DNA of 64,000 nucleotides from an uncultured Candidatus Saccharibacteria bacterium (GTDB lineage Bacteria; Patescibacteriota; Minisyncoccia; Phycocordibacterales; Phycocordibacteraceae), in NCBI GenBank assembly GCA_964638585.1, contig CAZXAN010000001.1, positions 23,454 to 87,453 of the forward strand, written 5' to 3'. The position numbers and the translations under genes are program-made. The notes beneath the pieces were generated by a model. It worked only from the letters and a program-made list of their open reading frames with translations. It was not told where the DNA came from and made no database searches. Positions 54,876 to 64,000 of this stretch are shown here, piece by piece (position 1 is the first letter of the stretch; every line of letters starts with the position of its first letter).

Positions 54876-55397
54876 ATGAAAAAAATCTCACTCCTCATTA
54901 CAATTCTCGCACTAGCTACGTCCTTTTCTATTCCAGTGGCTACCTCTGCTGTAGGTGTTGATGGCGCTTGCGATGACACTCTTGCCAGGTGTGACAGTGG
55001 TCTCACATGTTCTCTCGGTAAATGTTCTGTAGTTGGCGTTGGCCCAGGAAATACAGGAAATACAGGAAATGCTGGCAACAGTGGAACTGGTGGCACCCCA
55101 GGTAGCATCAATCAGACATACCTGACTTATTACTACACCCTCATCTTAACGATAATTAACTCATACCTCGTCCCGATACTTATCGCCATAGCATTTATAG
55201 TGTTCTTGTATGGCGTATACGAATACTTCATCCTCGGTGCCGCAGAAGAGGATAAGCGCAAAGAGGGTAGACAGTTCGTCTTGTGGGGAGTTATCGGCTT
55301 CGTCATAATAGTTTCGATCTGGTCTATTGTGAATATAGTTCAAAGCACGGTGATACCTGCAGGGCAGAACAACCGTCCGACCTATCCGACTCTATAA
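54876..55397 (+). CDS. Pilin-like small protein P4 (signal peptide, Cys-rich plus GNTGNTGNAGNSG repeat variable region)
   Basis: Signal peptide MKKISLLITILALATSFSIPVATSA, 6 Cys, a Gly-Asn-Thr repeat, then core IINSYLVPILIAIAFIVFLYG..EEDKRKEGRQFVLWGVIGFVIIVSIWSIVNIV. Confidence 0.6.
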   Translation: MKKISLLITILALATSFSIPVATSAVGVDGACDDTLARCDSGLTCSLGKCSVVGVGPGNTGNTGNAGNSGTGGTPGSINQTYLTYYYTLILTIINSYLVPILIAIAFIVFLYGVYEYFILGAAEEDKRKEGRQFVLWGVIGFVIIVSIWSIVNIVQSTVIPAGQNNRPTYPTL

Positions 55398-55481
55398 AAC
55401 CTTATCCACACAGGGCGTTATAGAGCATTGACCGCAGTGCTAGAAAAGCTACAATTATCTCATTATTCGTTTATTTGTATT

Positions 55482-55853
55482 ATGAAAAAAACACTTGCCA
55501 TTACTTCTTTAACAATCGCATCGTTTGCCGTACCGCTAGTGTCTATGGCCGCTGTTAGCAACCTTTCAGAGTTTGGAGGGTTTATTATCGGTATCATCAA
55601 CAATATTCTCGTACCGGTACTCTTCGCCATAGCATTTATCGTCTTCTTGTGGGGCGCATTCTCGGTCTTTATTCTTGGACACGACTCTGAAGAGACAAAG
55701 GAGAAGGGTAAGAATCTTATGCTATGGGGTCTTATTGGTTTCTTCGTCATGGTCTCTGTGTGGGGTCTCGTTAACCTGCTTACTGGCTCTATCCAGTTTG
55801 GCAATCCAGCTCAACAGACTCCTCCTGCCGCTCGAGGTACACAGCCTATATAA
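55482..55853 (+). CDS. Pilin-like small protein P5 (signal peptide plus 2-TM core)
   Basis: Signal peptide MKKTLAITSLTIASFAVPLVSMAAVS, then core IINNILVPVLFAIAFIVFLWG..SEETKEKGKNLMLWGLIGFFVMVSVWGLVNLL. The track ORF starts earlier at a TTG at 55428. Confidence 0.6.
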   Translation: MKKTLAITSLTIASFAVPLVSMAAVSNLSEFGGFIIGIINNILVPVLFAIAFIVFLWGAFSVFILGHDSEETKEKGKNLMLWGLIGFFVMVSVWGLVNLLTGSIQFGNPAQQTPPAARGTQPI

Positions 55854-55861
55854 GATAAGTA

Positions 55862-56149
55862 ATGGCTGTTCTAAACGAGTTTCTTGTTAAGGTTGTTACG
55901 CAGATAGTCAATCCGATTATCCTGCTTCTCTCTGCCGCCGCTTTTGTGGTATTTGTCTGGGGCGTGTTTGAGTTCATAGCGCACGCAGGAGACGAGACTA
56001 AGCGTACAGAGGGCCGTAAGGCTATCGGCTGGGGGCTCATCGGGCTAGTGATAATCTTTGGTGCATACGGCATAATCAATGTCGCTCTCGGCACATTTAA
56101 CCTAGGCACTATTGAATCTAAACTCCCTCCAAAATCTGCGACACCGTAA
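55862..56149 (+). CDS. Pilin-like small protein P6 (2-TM core only)
   Basis: VVTQIVNPIILLLSAAAFVVFVWG..GDETKRTEGRKAIGWGLIGLVIIFGAYGIINVA. Confidence 0.6.
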   Translation: MAVLNEFLVKVVTQIVNPIILLLSAAAFVVFVWGVFEFIAHAGDETKRTEGRKAIGWGLIGLVIIFGAYGIINVALGTFNLGTIESKLPPKSATP

Positions 56150-56176
56150 GATAGAATGGGGAAGTAAGGCAAATAA

Positions 56177-56252
56177 ATCCAGCACCTAGTTTTGTTGCAA
56201 AACTAGGTGCTGGATAAAAAAAGGCCACCGCAAGCGGTGGCCTTTGAGTTTG
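56177..56252. terminator. Bidirectional terminator region: an 18-bp perfect palindrome with 3-nt loop (56177-56215), then a GC hairpin ggccaccgc-aa-gcggtggcc plus T-tract
   Basis: atccagcacctagttttg / caaaactaggtgctggat are exact reverse complements. The second hairpin at 56223-56242 is followed by tttgagtttg on the plus strand and has a T-run on the minus strand. The region sits between the convergent pilin-like operon and the 56261 gene. Confidence 0.6.
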
Positions 56253-56260
56253 CTACTGTT

Positions 56261-57001
56261 TCAGCACTGTTTCGTGCCTTCTTGCACGAACCAATACTTT
56301 GGAGGTGTCTGCCCCTCTTTCAGAACGAACCAAAAAGTGTCTGCAATACCTTCAAATCCTTTTTCCGGGCCACCCTTATACGAGGTTTTAATTCCGAAGT
56401 CCTGGATGTTTCTTGGATCAAAGCAGACAGAAGTTCTGTCAGGAATCACAACCTTTACTGTAGAGCCGTTTCCTAACATCGTTGGCACACAACGACTTGT
56501 CGCAGTGCAGTCGTACTTACTACCGTTTTCTTGTTGTGATTGTTGCGTCTGCGACTGTTGCGAGGGTGTTTCCTCTACCCAGAGGTTCACCGCTGGCATG
56601 ATGATTAGGATTGATAACATCACACCAGCGAGTACCAACTGAAGCGTCTTTGTCGCCCCTTCTGCATGAATCGCGATTAGAACGGCTAGAACACCCCAGA
56701 GAACTACAAGCGAGAACCAATACTGTTGCCACTTAGCAACATCGGCGACGCGCACTGGAGAAAAAATCCCCCAAAGAACGAGGCCACCGCCAATAACAAT
56801 GAGCAGAATAGTCCAGACGTTTGATTTCAACTGGTCCGTCATGCTCTGTTTTGTGGAGGGAACTGCTCCAGCACTCGCTCCCGTGGTAGTCCCTGTCGTT
56901 GGAACAGTTGCCGTAGATGTTTTTTCGAACTTCATGCCTGGCAATATAACTCTCCAAGCAATGATCACTGCAAGTAGACCAAAGAAGAGATATGTAATCA
57001 T
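56261..57001 (-). CDS. Hypothetical membrane protein (Thr-rich linker, 4 TM, Cys-containing C-terminal ectodomain)
   Basis: 246 aa. No family recognised. Confidence 0.4.
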   Translation of the reverse strand: MITYLFFGLLAVIIAWRVILPGMKFEKTSTATVPTTGTTTGASAGAVPSTKQSMTDQLKSNVWTILLIVIGGGLVLWGIFSPVRVADVAKWQQYWFSLVVLWGVLAVLIAIHAEGATKTLQLVLAGVMLSILIIMPAVNLWVEETPSQQSQTQQSQQENGSKYDCTATSRCVPTMLGNGSTVKVVIPDRTSVCFDPRNIQDFGIKTSYKGGPEKGFEGIADTFWFVLKEGQTPPKYWFVQEGTKQC

Positions 57002-57999
57002 TTCTGATTTTCCTTGTCAGTAAAACTTTTTGCAATTGCCGCTGCAGTGCCAACCAGGTCAGTGAATCCTCCAGAACCAGCAATAATTGTTCGTTGACTG
57101 GATTTGTCGCCTTCTCCCGCTATTGCACGAGCAGTTTCGGCGCCAAGAACATCATGACCTTTTACATCAAGGTCTTTTGCCATTTTTGTCAATCCAGCAG
57201 TACGACCATCCAAAATCGCTTTTTCTTTACCGCCCAGACCTTCGCCCTCGCGGATGTTGGCCATTTTTTGACGTTCTTGAACTATCACATTTTGAACGGC
57301 AGTATTGAGCGTTTTGGAGAACTTTATTGCCTTGATTTGAGCGCTTTCGATGCGAATTCCCCAGCCAGGATTAGTATTGTTGCCGTGCACCAGTAGCTCG
57401 ATTGCAGTCTGAAGTTCAGTGCTGAATTCACTGATGCGAAGAAGCGCAACAGCAGGGCTAACCTTTGTGAGTCGTTCAGTGAACATTTTCACGCAAGTAT
57501 CTTCCATCTGCTTTCGAGCTTCGTCGACGGAACCAATAACTGTCAAGAAAGTCTTGAAGTCATCTATTCTCCAGCGAATCACTGGCACGACTTCTTCAGT
57601 CATACGATTGTCATAGGGGTCATTCTCTTCGATCAGAGCATCCTTGCTCGCCTGATTCCTGCCACTGAAGGTAACCCTTATTGGCGGTCTCATACCGAGT
57701 GCTTGTAATTCTGGTGGAACAGTACTGCCTTCCGGATCACCCGCACTTGCGCGATAGATTTTTTCCGGTTCAGCAGGGAGCTCGTCTTGTATGACGAGCC
57801 GTGTTTCTGTTACAAGCCAACATATTAGCAGCGGGACAAATACAAGACCGGAAGAGACGTTGAACAATGGTCTGCCCAACAGGAGGACACATCCTTGCTC
57901 CTTTGGACCGACGATTCGTAAACTTCCTGCCAAGTATAGGAGCAGTACGTAGAATGCGATCGTGAAGCCACTATAACTTTCTCCGAATATTTCAACCAT
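56998..57999 (-). CDS. SPFH/band-7 (stomatin/prohibitin-like) domain protein
   Basis: N-terminal TM then LRIVGPKEQGCVLLLGRPL..GLVFVPLLICWLVTETRLVIQD, an SPFH-like beta-strand pattern. Moderate support. Confidence 0.45.
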   Translation of the reverse strand: MVEIFGESYSGFTIAFYVLLLYLAGSLRIVGPKEQGCVLLLGRPLFNVSSGLVFVPLLICWLVTETRLVIQDELPAEPEKIYRASAGDPEGSTVPPELQALGMRPPIRVTFSGRNQASKDALIEENDPYDNRMTEEVVPVIRWRIDDFKTFLTVIGSVDEARKQMEDTCVKMFTERLTKVSPAVALLRISEFSTELQTAIELLVHGNNTNPGWGIRIESAQIKAIKFSKTLNTAVQNVIVQERQKMANIREGEGLGGKEKAILDGRTAGLTKMAKDLDVKGHDVLGAETARAIAGEGDKSSQRTIIAGSGGFTDLVGTAAAIAKSFTDKENQK

Positions 58000-58112
58000 G
58001 ATGATCTCCTTGTTTTGTTGCGATTGATATGCGTTACGGAATGTTCAAAACTAGCCATAAAGCAGGCTAGATTTCTGATACTTATGATACACGAAACTAC
58101 AGAAAAGTCAAG

Positions 58113-58198
58113 TGGTGCTGGGGAGAGGACTCGAACCTCCAATGGGTTGCCCCGCTAGCTCCTAAGGCTAGTGCGTCTACCAATTTCGCCACCCCAGC
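58113..58198 (-). tRNA. tRNA-Leu(TAG), CCA encoded
   Basis: Reverse complement gives GCTGGGG..GCGAAATTGGTAGACGC..CTAGC-CTTAGGA-GCTAG, long variable arm, GGAGGTTCGAGTCCTCT..CCCCAGC-A-CCA. Confidence 0.85.
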
Positions 58199-58234
58199 AA
58201 AATGCACGTGCGAACTTTATTAATCTAACACACT

Positions 58235-60682
58235 TTATTTCAAATACTCGGAGGCTTCGGCAGGAGTGAGAGAGTCTGGAGAGACAGAGTCGGGGAGGTA
58301 GATGCGGCGGAGGCCCTTTTTTAGGAATACACCCTGCTTAGATTTATAGAGTACAAGTGATTTGCCGGTGCGCGGATGTTTACCGATTTCTTTTACTATT
58401 TCTACACCCTTTGGAGGTTTCTTTGGTTCGGCGAGGAGGGTGAGAGCCTGATCAAGCGTGATAGTGTATGGGTCGCCGATCTTGGCCTTGAGCGAGCGGA
58501 ACTCGCCATCGCTGCCGACATAGGGGCCGAATCGGCCGGTGTTTGAAAACACTGCCTTGCCAGTTGATGGATGATTGCCGAGCTCGCGCGGGAGAGATAG
58601 GTAACGCACAGCATCTGCGAGAGTTACCTGCGACAGGTCAGTGCCTTTAGGAATACTTGCTCTCTTGGCGGCAACTCGTGGTCGTCCTCGACCACGTTTG
58701 CCGCCACCCCGCGAAGCTTTAGCGGAGTGGGGTTTTTCGTCACGCGCCCCCTTCGCTGAAGCTTCGGAGGGCCGCAGCATCTCTACATATGGCCCGAATC
58801 TCCCTGTTTTTATGTAGATTGCTTCGCCAGTGTCGGGGTGATTACCAATCGGCTCGTCCTGCTTTAGCTCGTGACCGTCTTCTGTCCGCGCGCCCATACA
58901 ATCCGGATACTTTTTACAACTCATAAAGACACCGCCACGGCCGAGCTTGTTCTCCATCGGGCTCCCGCAGAGCGGGCAGGGGAACTCAGCTCCAGAGTCG
59001 CCGAGCGATGTTGCCTTCGGGAGTTTATCTTTCGCTCGTACTGCCTTTTCAAACGGTCCATAAAATTCCGTGAGCGTTTCTGTATATCCGCGCTCGCCAC
59101 GCGCTATTTCGTCCAACTCGTCCTCCATTTCTGCAGTGAAGGTGTCGCTCACATAGGTGGCGAAATTTTCTTCAAGCCATCCAGATACGACCATACCGGT
59201 GGCAGTGGGCTGGAGCGCTCTCGCCACCTTCTCCACATATCCGCGATCTTGAATCGTCTTCATGATAGAAGCATAGGTTGATGGTCTGCCAATCCCTCTC
59301 TTTTCTAGTTCTTTAATTAATCCAGCTTCGGTGTATCTATTCGGTGGCTCGGTCTGCTTCTCTTCTGCGCCAAGAGAGATAAGAGATAGTGGATCGCCGA
59401 CAGCAAGCTTCGGCAGTTCAACATCTTCGCCTCGCGCTTTTGTGTCCAGCGCGAGCCAGCCGGGGAATAGTAGTCGCGAGCCGTTCGCGGTAAAGATGAC
59501 TCCTTGCTGCAAGGTGTCACCCTTACACACGACACCCGTGCGCATAATTCGCGCAGCCTTCATCTGCGAGGCGAGTGCGCGCGTGCGGATTAGCTCGTAG
59601 AGTTGTGTCTCATCAGGCGTGTTACCAGCGCGCGCGAGCGATGGGTTTGTCGGGCGGACAGCCTCGTGCGCCTCCTGCGCATTCTTACTCGTTGTCTTAT
59701 ACACGCGCACTTGTACATAGTCTTTACCAAAATCTTTTTCAACCACGTTCGCTATTTTCGCGACCGCCTCTGCGCCGAGATTTACCGAATCGGTGCGCAT
59801 GTAGGTGATATGGCCAGCTTCGTAGAGCTTCTGCGCGGCGCTCATTGTCCTTGAAGGCGCGAAGCCGAGTCGTGTAGAGGCAGTTTGCTGGAGTGTAGAC
59901 GTAGTGAAGGGCGGTCGCGGATTTCTGTCCTCTTCTTTCTCTACGACGTCTGCCACACTCCAGTTAGCACTTTTGCCTGCATTTACTATTCTATCTGCCT
60001 CTTCCTTCGTCGCCGGCTGTTCAACGCAGGTCGTGGCTAGCTCGCCAGTTTTTGATTTGAAAAGTGCCGAGAGTATGAAATAGGTGACAGGATCGAAAGC
60101 CTTAATCTCGCGTTCGCGCTCCGCGAGTATCCGGAGCGCGGGGGACTGCACTCTGCCAGCAGACAGCCCGTAACGGACCTTTTTCCAGATTAGCCCAGAC
60201 AAGTCATAGCCCACTATACGGTCCAGTACACGCCGCGCTTCTTGCGCGCGGCGCAGATTCTCATCTATATCGCGCGGATGCGCAATCGCATCTTTAATAG
60301 CATCCTCGGTAATTTCATGATACACAACGCGTTTTATAGGTTTGTTTTTTGACTTTTGAGATTTGGTACTTCCGAGCTCTTCCTGTATTAGCTCGGCGAT
60401 ATGCCACGCTATCGCCTCGCCCTCGCGGTCGGGGTCGGTCGCCAGATATATCTCGTCTGCTTTTTCTGCTGCTCGCTGTATCTTCTCTATTACCTCCAAC
60501 TTCCCAGGTGACACGACATAGCGCGGGATAAACCCGCCTTCAATATCCACAGCGTCTTTATTACTCTTCGGCAAGTCGCGGACGTGACCAACCGAGGCAA
60601 TGACCTCATAGTCTTTACCTAAATATTTCCCTATAGTCCTCGCCTTCGTCGGCGATTCTACTATTAATAATCTCTTACTCAT
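58235..60682 (-). CDS. topA: DNA topoisomerase I
   Basis: [22 protein letters not shown] (TOPRIM), a catalytic Tyr domain, and C-terminal zinc-ribbon-like repeats (CPLCGSPM.., GRFGPYV). Confidence 0.95.
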   Translation of the reverse strand: MSKRLLIVESPTKARTIGKYLGKDYEVIASVGHVRDLPKSNKDAVDIEGGFIPRYVVSPGKLEVIEKIQRAAEKADEIYLATDPDREGEAIAWHIAELIQEELGSTKSQKSKNKPIKRVVYHEITEDAIKDAIAHPRDIDENLRRAQEARRVLDRIVGYDLSGLIWKKVRYGLSAGRVQSPALRILAEREREIKAFDPVTYFILSALFKSKTGELATTCVEQPATKEEADRIVNAGKSANWSVADVVEKEEDRNPRPPFTTSTLQQTASTRLGFAPSRTMSAAQKLYEAGHITYMRTDSVNLGAEAVAKIANVVEKDFGKDYVQVRVYKTTSKNAQEAHEAVRPTNPSLARAGNTPDETQLYELIRTRALASQMKAARIMRTGVVCKGDTLQQGVIFTANGSRLLFPGWLALDTKARGEDVELPKLAVGDPLSLISLGAEEKQTEPPNRYTEAGLIKELEKRGIGRPSTYASIMKTIQDRGYVEKVARALQPTATGMVVSGWLEENFATYVSDTFTAEMEDELDEIARGERGYTETLTEFYGPFEKAVRAKDKLPKATSLGDSGAEFPCPLCGSPMENKLGRGGVFMSCKKYPDCMGARTEDGHELKQDEPIGNHPDTGEAIYIKTGRFGPYVEMLRPSEASAKGARDEKPHSAKASRGGGKRGRGRPRVAAKRASIPKGTDLSQVTLADAVRYLSLPRELGNHPSTGKAVFSNTGRFGPYVGSDGEFRSLKAKIGDPYTITLDQALTLLAEPKKPPKGVEIVKEIGKHPRTGKSLVLYKSKQGVFLKKGLRRIYLPDSVSPDSLTPAEASEYLK

Positions 60683-60715
60683 TCATTCACTCATAACGCG
60701 AGTAGCTATATTGTG

Positions 60716-61507
60716 TCAAACGACTTCTACGCAAATCGGGTGATGGTCGGATCCAAATCTATCAGTAATTACTTCTGCTTTTTTTATTGAAAACGTGTGT
60801 GAGACGAGGATGTGGTCTAGCTGTGAGCGCGAGAGCTGGTGCGTGATGGAGCCGGCGAGGGTGTTGACGAGTTCGTGCTGAACAAATCGCTCTTGGATAT
60901 TCGTGCGTTCGCGTCGGTGTAAGAACGCATCGCTCACTTTTCCTCCCAGAATCCAATTTAATATGGAGATATGTGGTGCCTCTATGGTGTTGAAGTCCCC
61001 GCAGACTACCGTCGGCTTTGATGAGTCGCGCTCGGCCATAGCCATTTCAAATTCTTTCAGTCTCCAAGCTGGTTGGGCGAGGATGAGATGTAAGTTAAAT
61101 ACTCGCAAAGACTGTTTGTCTGTCTTTATGTCAACGTAGAGAGCACTGCGATTGCGAATCTTTGTGAATAGTTGATTTGGCATAATCATTACGAACAAAC
61201 GCGTGCGTAGCGGTAAGAAGTGCCAGTATTCAGGGAAGGCGATGCCACCTTGCGAAGTAATCGGATGTTTCGATAATGTCACTACGTAGTTATGAACAGT
61301 ACCCCAAGGATAGAGCAGCTCTCGCTCGCTGCGAAACGCTATGTGATATGGGAGGCTCTGCAAACGTTTTAGAAATTTCTCTGGTACTTCTTGCAGACAG
61401 AAGATATCGAAGTCAGATGTAGATATGAAATCAAAAGCGCGATCCAATTCGCGGTTTCTACAAAGCATGTTCCATGAGTAGATTTTCATTTTTATGTGCG
61501 ATGCCAA
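60716..61507 (-). CDS. Endonuclease/exonuclease/phosphatase-family nuclease (Xth/ExoIII-like)
   Basis: MKIYSWNMLCRN.. and FCLQEV.., with a C-terminal SDHHPI motif typical of EEP nucleases. Confidence 0.65.
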   Translation of the reverse strand: MASHIKMKIYSWNMLCRNRELDRAFDFISTSDFDIFCLQEVPEKFLKRLQSLPYHIAFRSERELLYPWGTVHNYVVTLSKHPITSQGGIAFPEYWHFLPLRTRLFVMIMPNQLFTKIRNRSALYVDIKTDKQSLRVFNLHLILAQPAWRLKEFEMAMAERDSSKPTVVCGDFNTIEAPHISILNWILGGKVSDAFLHRRERTNIQERFVQHELVNTLAGSITHQLSRSQLDHILVSHTFSIKKAEVITDRFGSDHHPICVEVV

Positions 61508-62346
61508 GCGCCGAATTCCTCGCGGATGAGCCCGCGGAGTTCGAGAGCGACGAGGGCGGTGAGAAGCTCTCCTGCGGAAGTTTGACTTCCGCGAAGAATT
61601 TCATCCCGCGTCTTTGGCTCTTCTAGCATATTCCATACAACGAGCTCGGCGTCTTCTAGGTCACTCGGTGCGGTGAGTGAGGCAGACTCACGCGGGGCGA
61701 TATGAAGTGCTTCTAGGATGTGTAGCGGGTCAGACACGAGCGCAGCGCCGAGGCGGATAAAGAGATGCGAGCCGAAGGCGTGTGGGTCGCCGATGCGGTG
61801 GGGGATAGCGAGCAGGTCGCGATTATATTCTCCCGCTAAGCGAGCAGTGATGAGCGTACCGGATTTTTGCCCGGCTTCTATAATTAGCACTGCGTCAGAG
61901 ATCCCGACCATGATGCGATTACGCTCGGGGAAGTAGTAGACGCGCGAGGGTTCGTCAGGTGGATACTCCGACAAGAACCCACCGCCTTTTTCTAGAATTT
62001 CTTTTGCAAAGGGGCGATTACTTCTTGGATAGAGCACATTATCGCCAAGTCCTGAACCCGGCACAACTAATGTATGCAAGCCAGCAGAAAGCGCAGCTTT
62101 GTGCGCGCAAGTATCAGTACCGAGCGCCAGACCAGAAACTATAGAAACTGGATAACCAGATAAACCAGTAATTAATTTCTCGCACGCCTCTTGCCCATAG
62201 CGCGTCATAGCGCGTGAGCCCACTACCGTAAGTAGCTTGTGCCCAGCAGGTGGCAGAGCACCCCTTACCCACAGCCTTTTGGGCGGTTGCGGTATCTCCA
62301 GCAACTGCCCCGGCCACTCTGTGCGTTCAAGTTCGCGAATCTCCAT
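61492..62346 (-). CDS. dprA: DNA-processing protein A (DprA/Smf)
   Basis: VVGSRAMTRYG..IVSGLALGTDTCAHKAAL..GGGFLSEYP is the Rossmann-like DprA core. Confidence 0.85.
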   Translation of the reverse strand: MEIRELERTEWPGQLLEIPQPPKRLWVRGALPPAGHKLLTVVGSRAMTRYGQEACEKLITGLSGYPVSIVSGLALGTDTCAHKAALSAGLHTLVVPGSGLGDNVLYPRSNRPFAKEILEKGGGFLSEYPPDEPSRVYYFPERNRIMVGISDAVLIIEAGQKSGTLITARLAGEYNRDLLAIPHRIGDPHAFGSHLFIRLGAALVSDPLHILEALHIAPRESASLTAPSDLEDAELVVWNMLEEPKTRDEILRGSQTSAGELLTALVALELRGLIREEFGAWHRT

Positions 62347-62369
62347 GTGTGCAGTATAATACGTAGAAC

Positions 62370-63638
62370 ATGCTGGACATACATTTTATACGGGAGAATG
62401 TTGACTTGATTAAGGCGGGCGCCAAGAAGAAGCATATAGATGTAGATATTGATCGCCTTATTAAAGTTGACGACGAGCGAAAGCTTATTCGCCAAGAGCT
62501 TGATGCTAAAAAGTCTGAACAAAATCGCCGGAGCAACGAGATACAGCGCGCCAAGGACAAGGAGCGTGAGGTGATTATTGAGCAGATGAAGCATTTGAAA
62601 GATGGCATGGCCGAGAGCGAGGAACAGTTAAAGAAGGTAATGGAGGAGTGGCATAGGCTGATGCTCGCAGTGCCGAACATCCCTGACATGACTGTGCCAG
62701 AGGGCGACAGCGACGCCAATAATATGGAAGTTAAGAAGGTCGGCGTGCCGATCCAATACACCTTTCCACCCAAGAGTCATGTAGAGCTAATGACAAAGCT
62801 AGATATGGCAGACTTTGAGCGCGGTGCCAAAGTCTCTGGCTTCAGAGGATATTTTTTAAAGGGCGACGGCGCGTTGCTCTCGTATGCTCTCTGGCACTTT
62901 ATCTCTGACTTTTTTGTTAAAAAAGAAGGGTTCACGCCGATGATAGTGCCGAGTCTTGTGCGCAGAGAATCTTTTATGGGCACTGGCTATATTCCACAAA
63001 GCGAAGATGACTTGTATAAAACGCAGGATGATTATTATCTTGCTGGCACAGGTGAAGTCGCGACGATGGGATATCACATGAACGAAATTCTAGATGTGAA
63101 GCAATTCCCGATAAAATACTTCTCATTCTCGCCATGTTTTCGTCGAGAGATTGGAGCTCATGGTAAAGATACCAAAGGTTTAGTGCGCATACATGAATTC
63201 TTTAAATTTGAACAAGTTATACTCTGCGAGGCGTCGCACGAAGCGAGTGTGAAGTATCACGAAGAGTTAACGGCAAATGCAGAAGAGATGCTCCAGCTTC
63301 TTAAAATCCCGTATCACGTTGTAATAAATTGTGGAGGAGATATCGGACTCGGACAGGTTAAGAAATATGACATTGAGTGCTGGATGCCCTCAGAGGGCAC
63401 ATATCGCGAGACGCATTCCTCTTCTTACTTCCACGATTTCCAGACTCGGCGTTTAAACATTCGTTATAGAGATGAAAATGGTGAGATGAAGTTCGCGCAC
63501 TCTCTGAACAACACCGCACTCGCGACACCACGCATACTCGCTGTGATTATAGAAAATTATCAACAGGCTGACGGTACTATTGCAGTGCCAGAAGCTCTTG
63601 TACCGTATGTGGGGAAGAGCATCATCGGAGCGAGGTAG
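62370..63638 (+). CDS. serS: Serine--tRNA ligase
   Basis: MLDIHFIRENVDL.., an N-terminal coiled-coil arm, and class II motifs (..FRRE.. motif 2, GSGLAVPR-like motif 3 region). Confidence 0.95.
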   Translation: MLDIHFIRENVDLIKAGAKKKHIDVDIDRLIKVDDERKLIRQELDAKKSEQNRRSNEIQRAKDKEREVIIEQMKHLKDGMAESEEQLKKVMEEWHRLMLAVPNIPDMTVPEGDSDANNMEVKKVGVPIQYTFPPKSHVELMTKLDMADFERGAKVSGFRGYFLKGDGALLSYALWHFISDFFVKKEGFTPMIVPSLVRRESFMGTGYIPQSEDDLYKTQDDYYLAGTGEVATMGYHMNEILDVKQFPIKYFSFSPCFRREIGAHGKDTKGLVRIHEFFKFEQVILCEASHEASVKYHEELTANAEEMLQLLKIPYHVVINCGGDIGLGQVKKYDIECWMPSEGTYRETHSSSYFHDFQTRRLNIRYRDENGEMKFAHSLNNTALATPRILAVIIENYQQADGTIAVPEALVPYVGKSIIGAR

Positions 63639-64000
63639 TGAGCGTCTCGCAGATCGGCGGCGTAATCGCCGCCGTGTCTGGCTCATTGCATTTTTCATAC
63701 TGCTCCTGCTCCTACTTTCTACAACTATTTACGGTCTTAATCAGAGCGAGGTACGCATCGCGCATGTGAATATAATTGGTGGCGACAACACGTTCTCTGG
63801 ATTGGCTCTATCAGCAATGATCGGGAACTATATGGGGCTTATACCGCGTGATTCAATATTATTCTTTCCTGAAGATAGAATTCGCAGAGATATACTCGCT
63901 AGCAATAGCGACATCGCAGCCGTTTCTATATCTCGCAGTAGCCTCACAAGTATTTCAATAAAAATAGATACGCGCACACCTATAGCGCGCTGGTGCGGGC
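63607..64000 (+). CDS. ftsQ: FtsQ/DivIB-like cell-division protein, 3' end beyond the window
   Basis: Hand-translated frame: MWGRASSERGSERLADRRRNRRRVW-LIAFFILLLLLLSTTIYGL (TM)-NQSEVRIAHVNIIGGDN..LIPRDSILFFPEDRIRRDILASNSDIAAVSISR..IARW, a POTRA-like pattern. The ORF is open to the window end and so is not in the supplied track. Confidence 0.4.
   Translation, partial: MWGRASSERGSERLADRRRNRRRVWLIAFFILLLLLLSTTIYGLNQSEVRIAHVNIIGGDNTFSGLALSAMIGNYMGLIPRDSILFFPEDRIRRDILASNSDIAAVSISRSSLTSISIKIDTRTPIARWCG

Overview
This 64 kb window reads as a chromosomal segment of a small-genome, Patescibacteria/CPR-like bacterium. That placement is an inference from the gene content: compact housekeeping genes (short valS, gyrA and rpsA, PUA-less proB, a divergent HisRS) and dense packing. 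Seven tRNAs are present and there are no rRNA genes or CRISPR arrays. Core genes recognised: murJ-like flippase (5' partial), lepA, rnc, rpoD, an SF2 helicase, proB, valS, tsaD, orn, trxB, ftsZ, ftsA, ybeY, rpsU, a HisRS-like gene, lepB, pth, rpsA, gyrA, topA, an EEP nuclease, dprA, serS and a partial ftsQ-like gene. The most notable accessory features are: (1) sigma-70 carrying a C-terminal DnaA domain-IV DNA-binding domain; (2) an operon of a solute-binding protein followed by six paralogous small two-TM pilin-like proteins with hypervariable N-termini; (3) three perfect long palindromes (20-24 bp arms) sitting in-frame inside the coding sequences of lepA, tsaD and an MBL hydrolase; (4) a REP-RAYT unit (IS200-like tyrosine transposase flanked by GAGGGACG-N3-5-CGTCCCTC palindromes); (5) a ParE-type toxin/antitoxin cassette bounded by 30-bp direct repeats that duplicate the lepA 3' end; (6) a helicase with five C-terminal helicase-associated repeats; (7) a 22-nt motif recurring just after the stop codons of three consecutive genes; (8) TAGGC heptad arrays near the ftsZ/ftsA cluster; and (9) several GC-rich orphan genes and a solitary MazF-like toxin.
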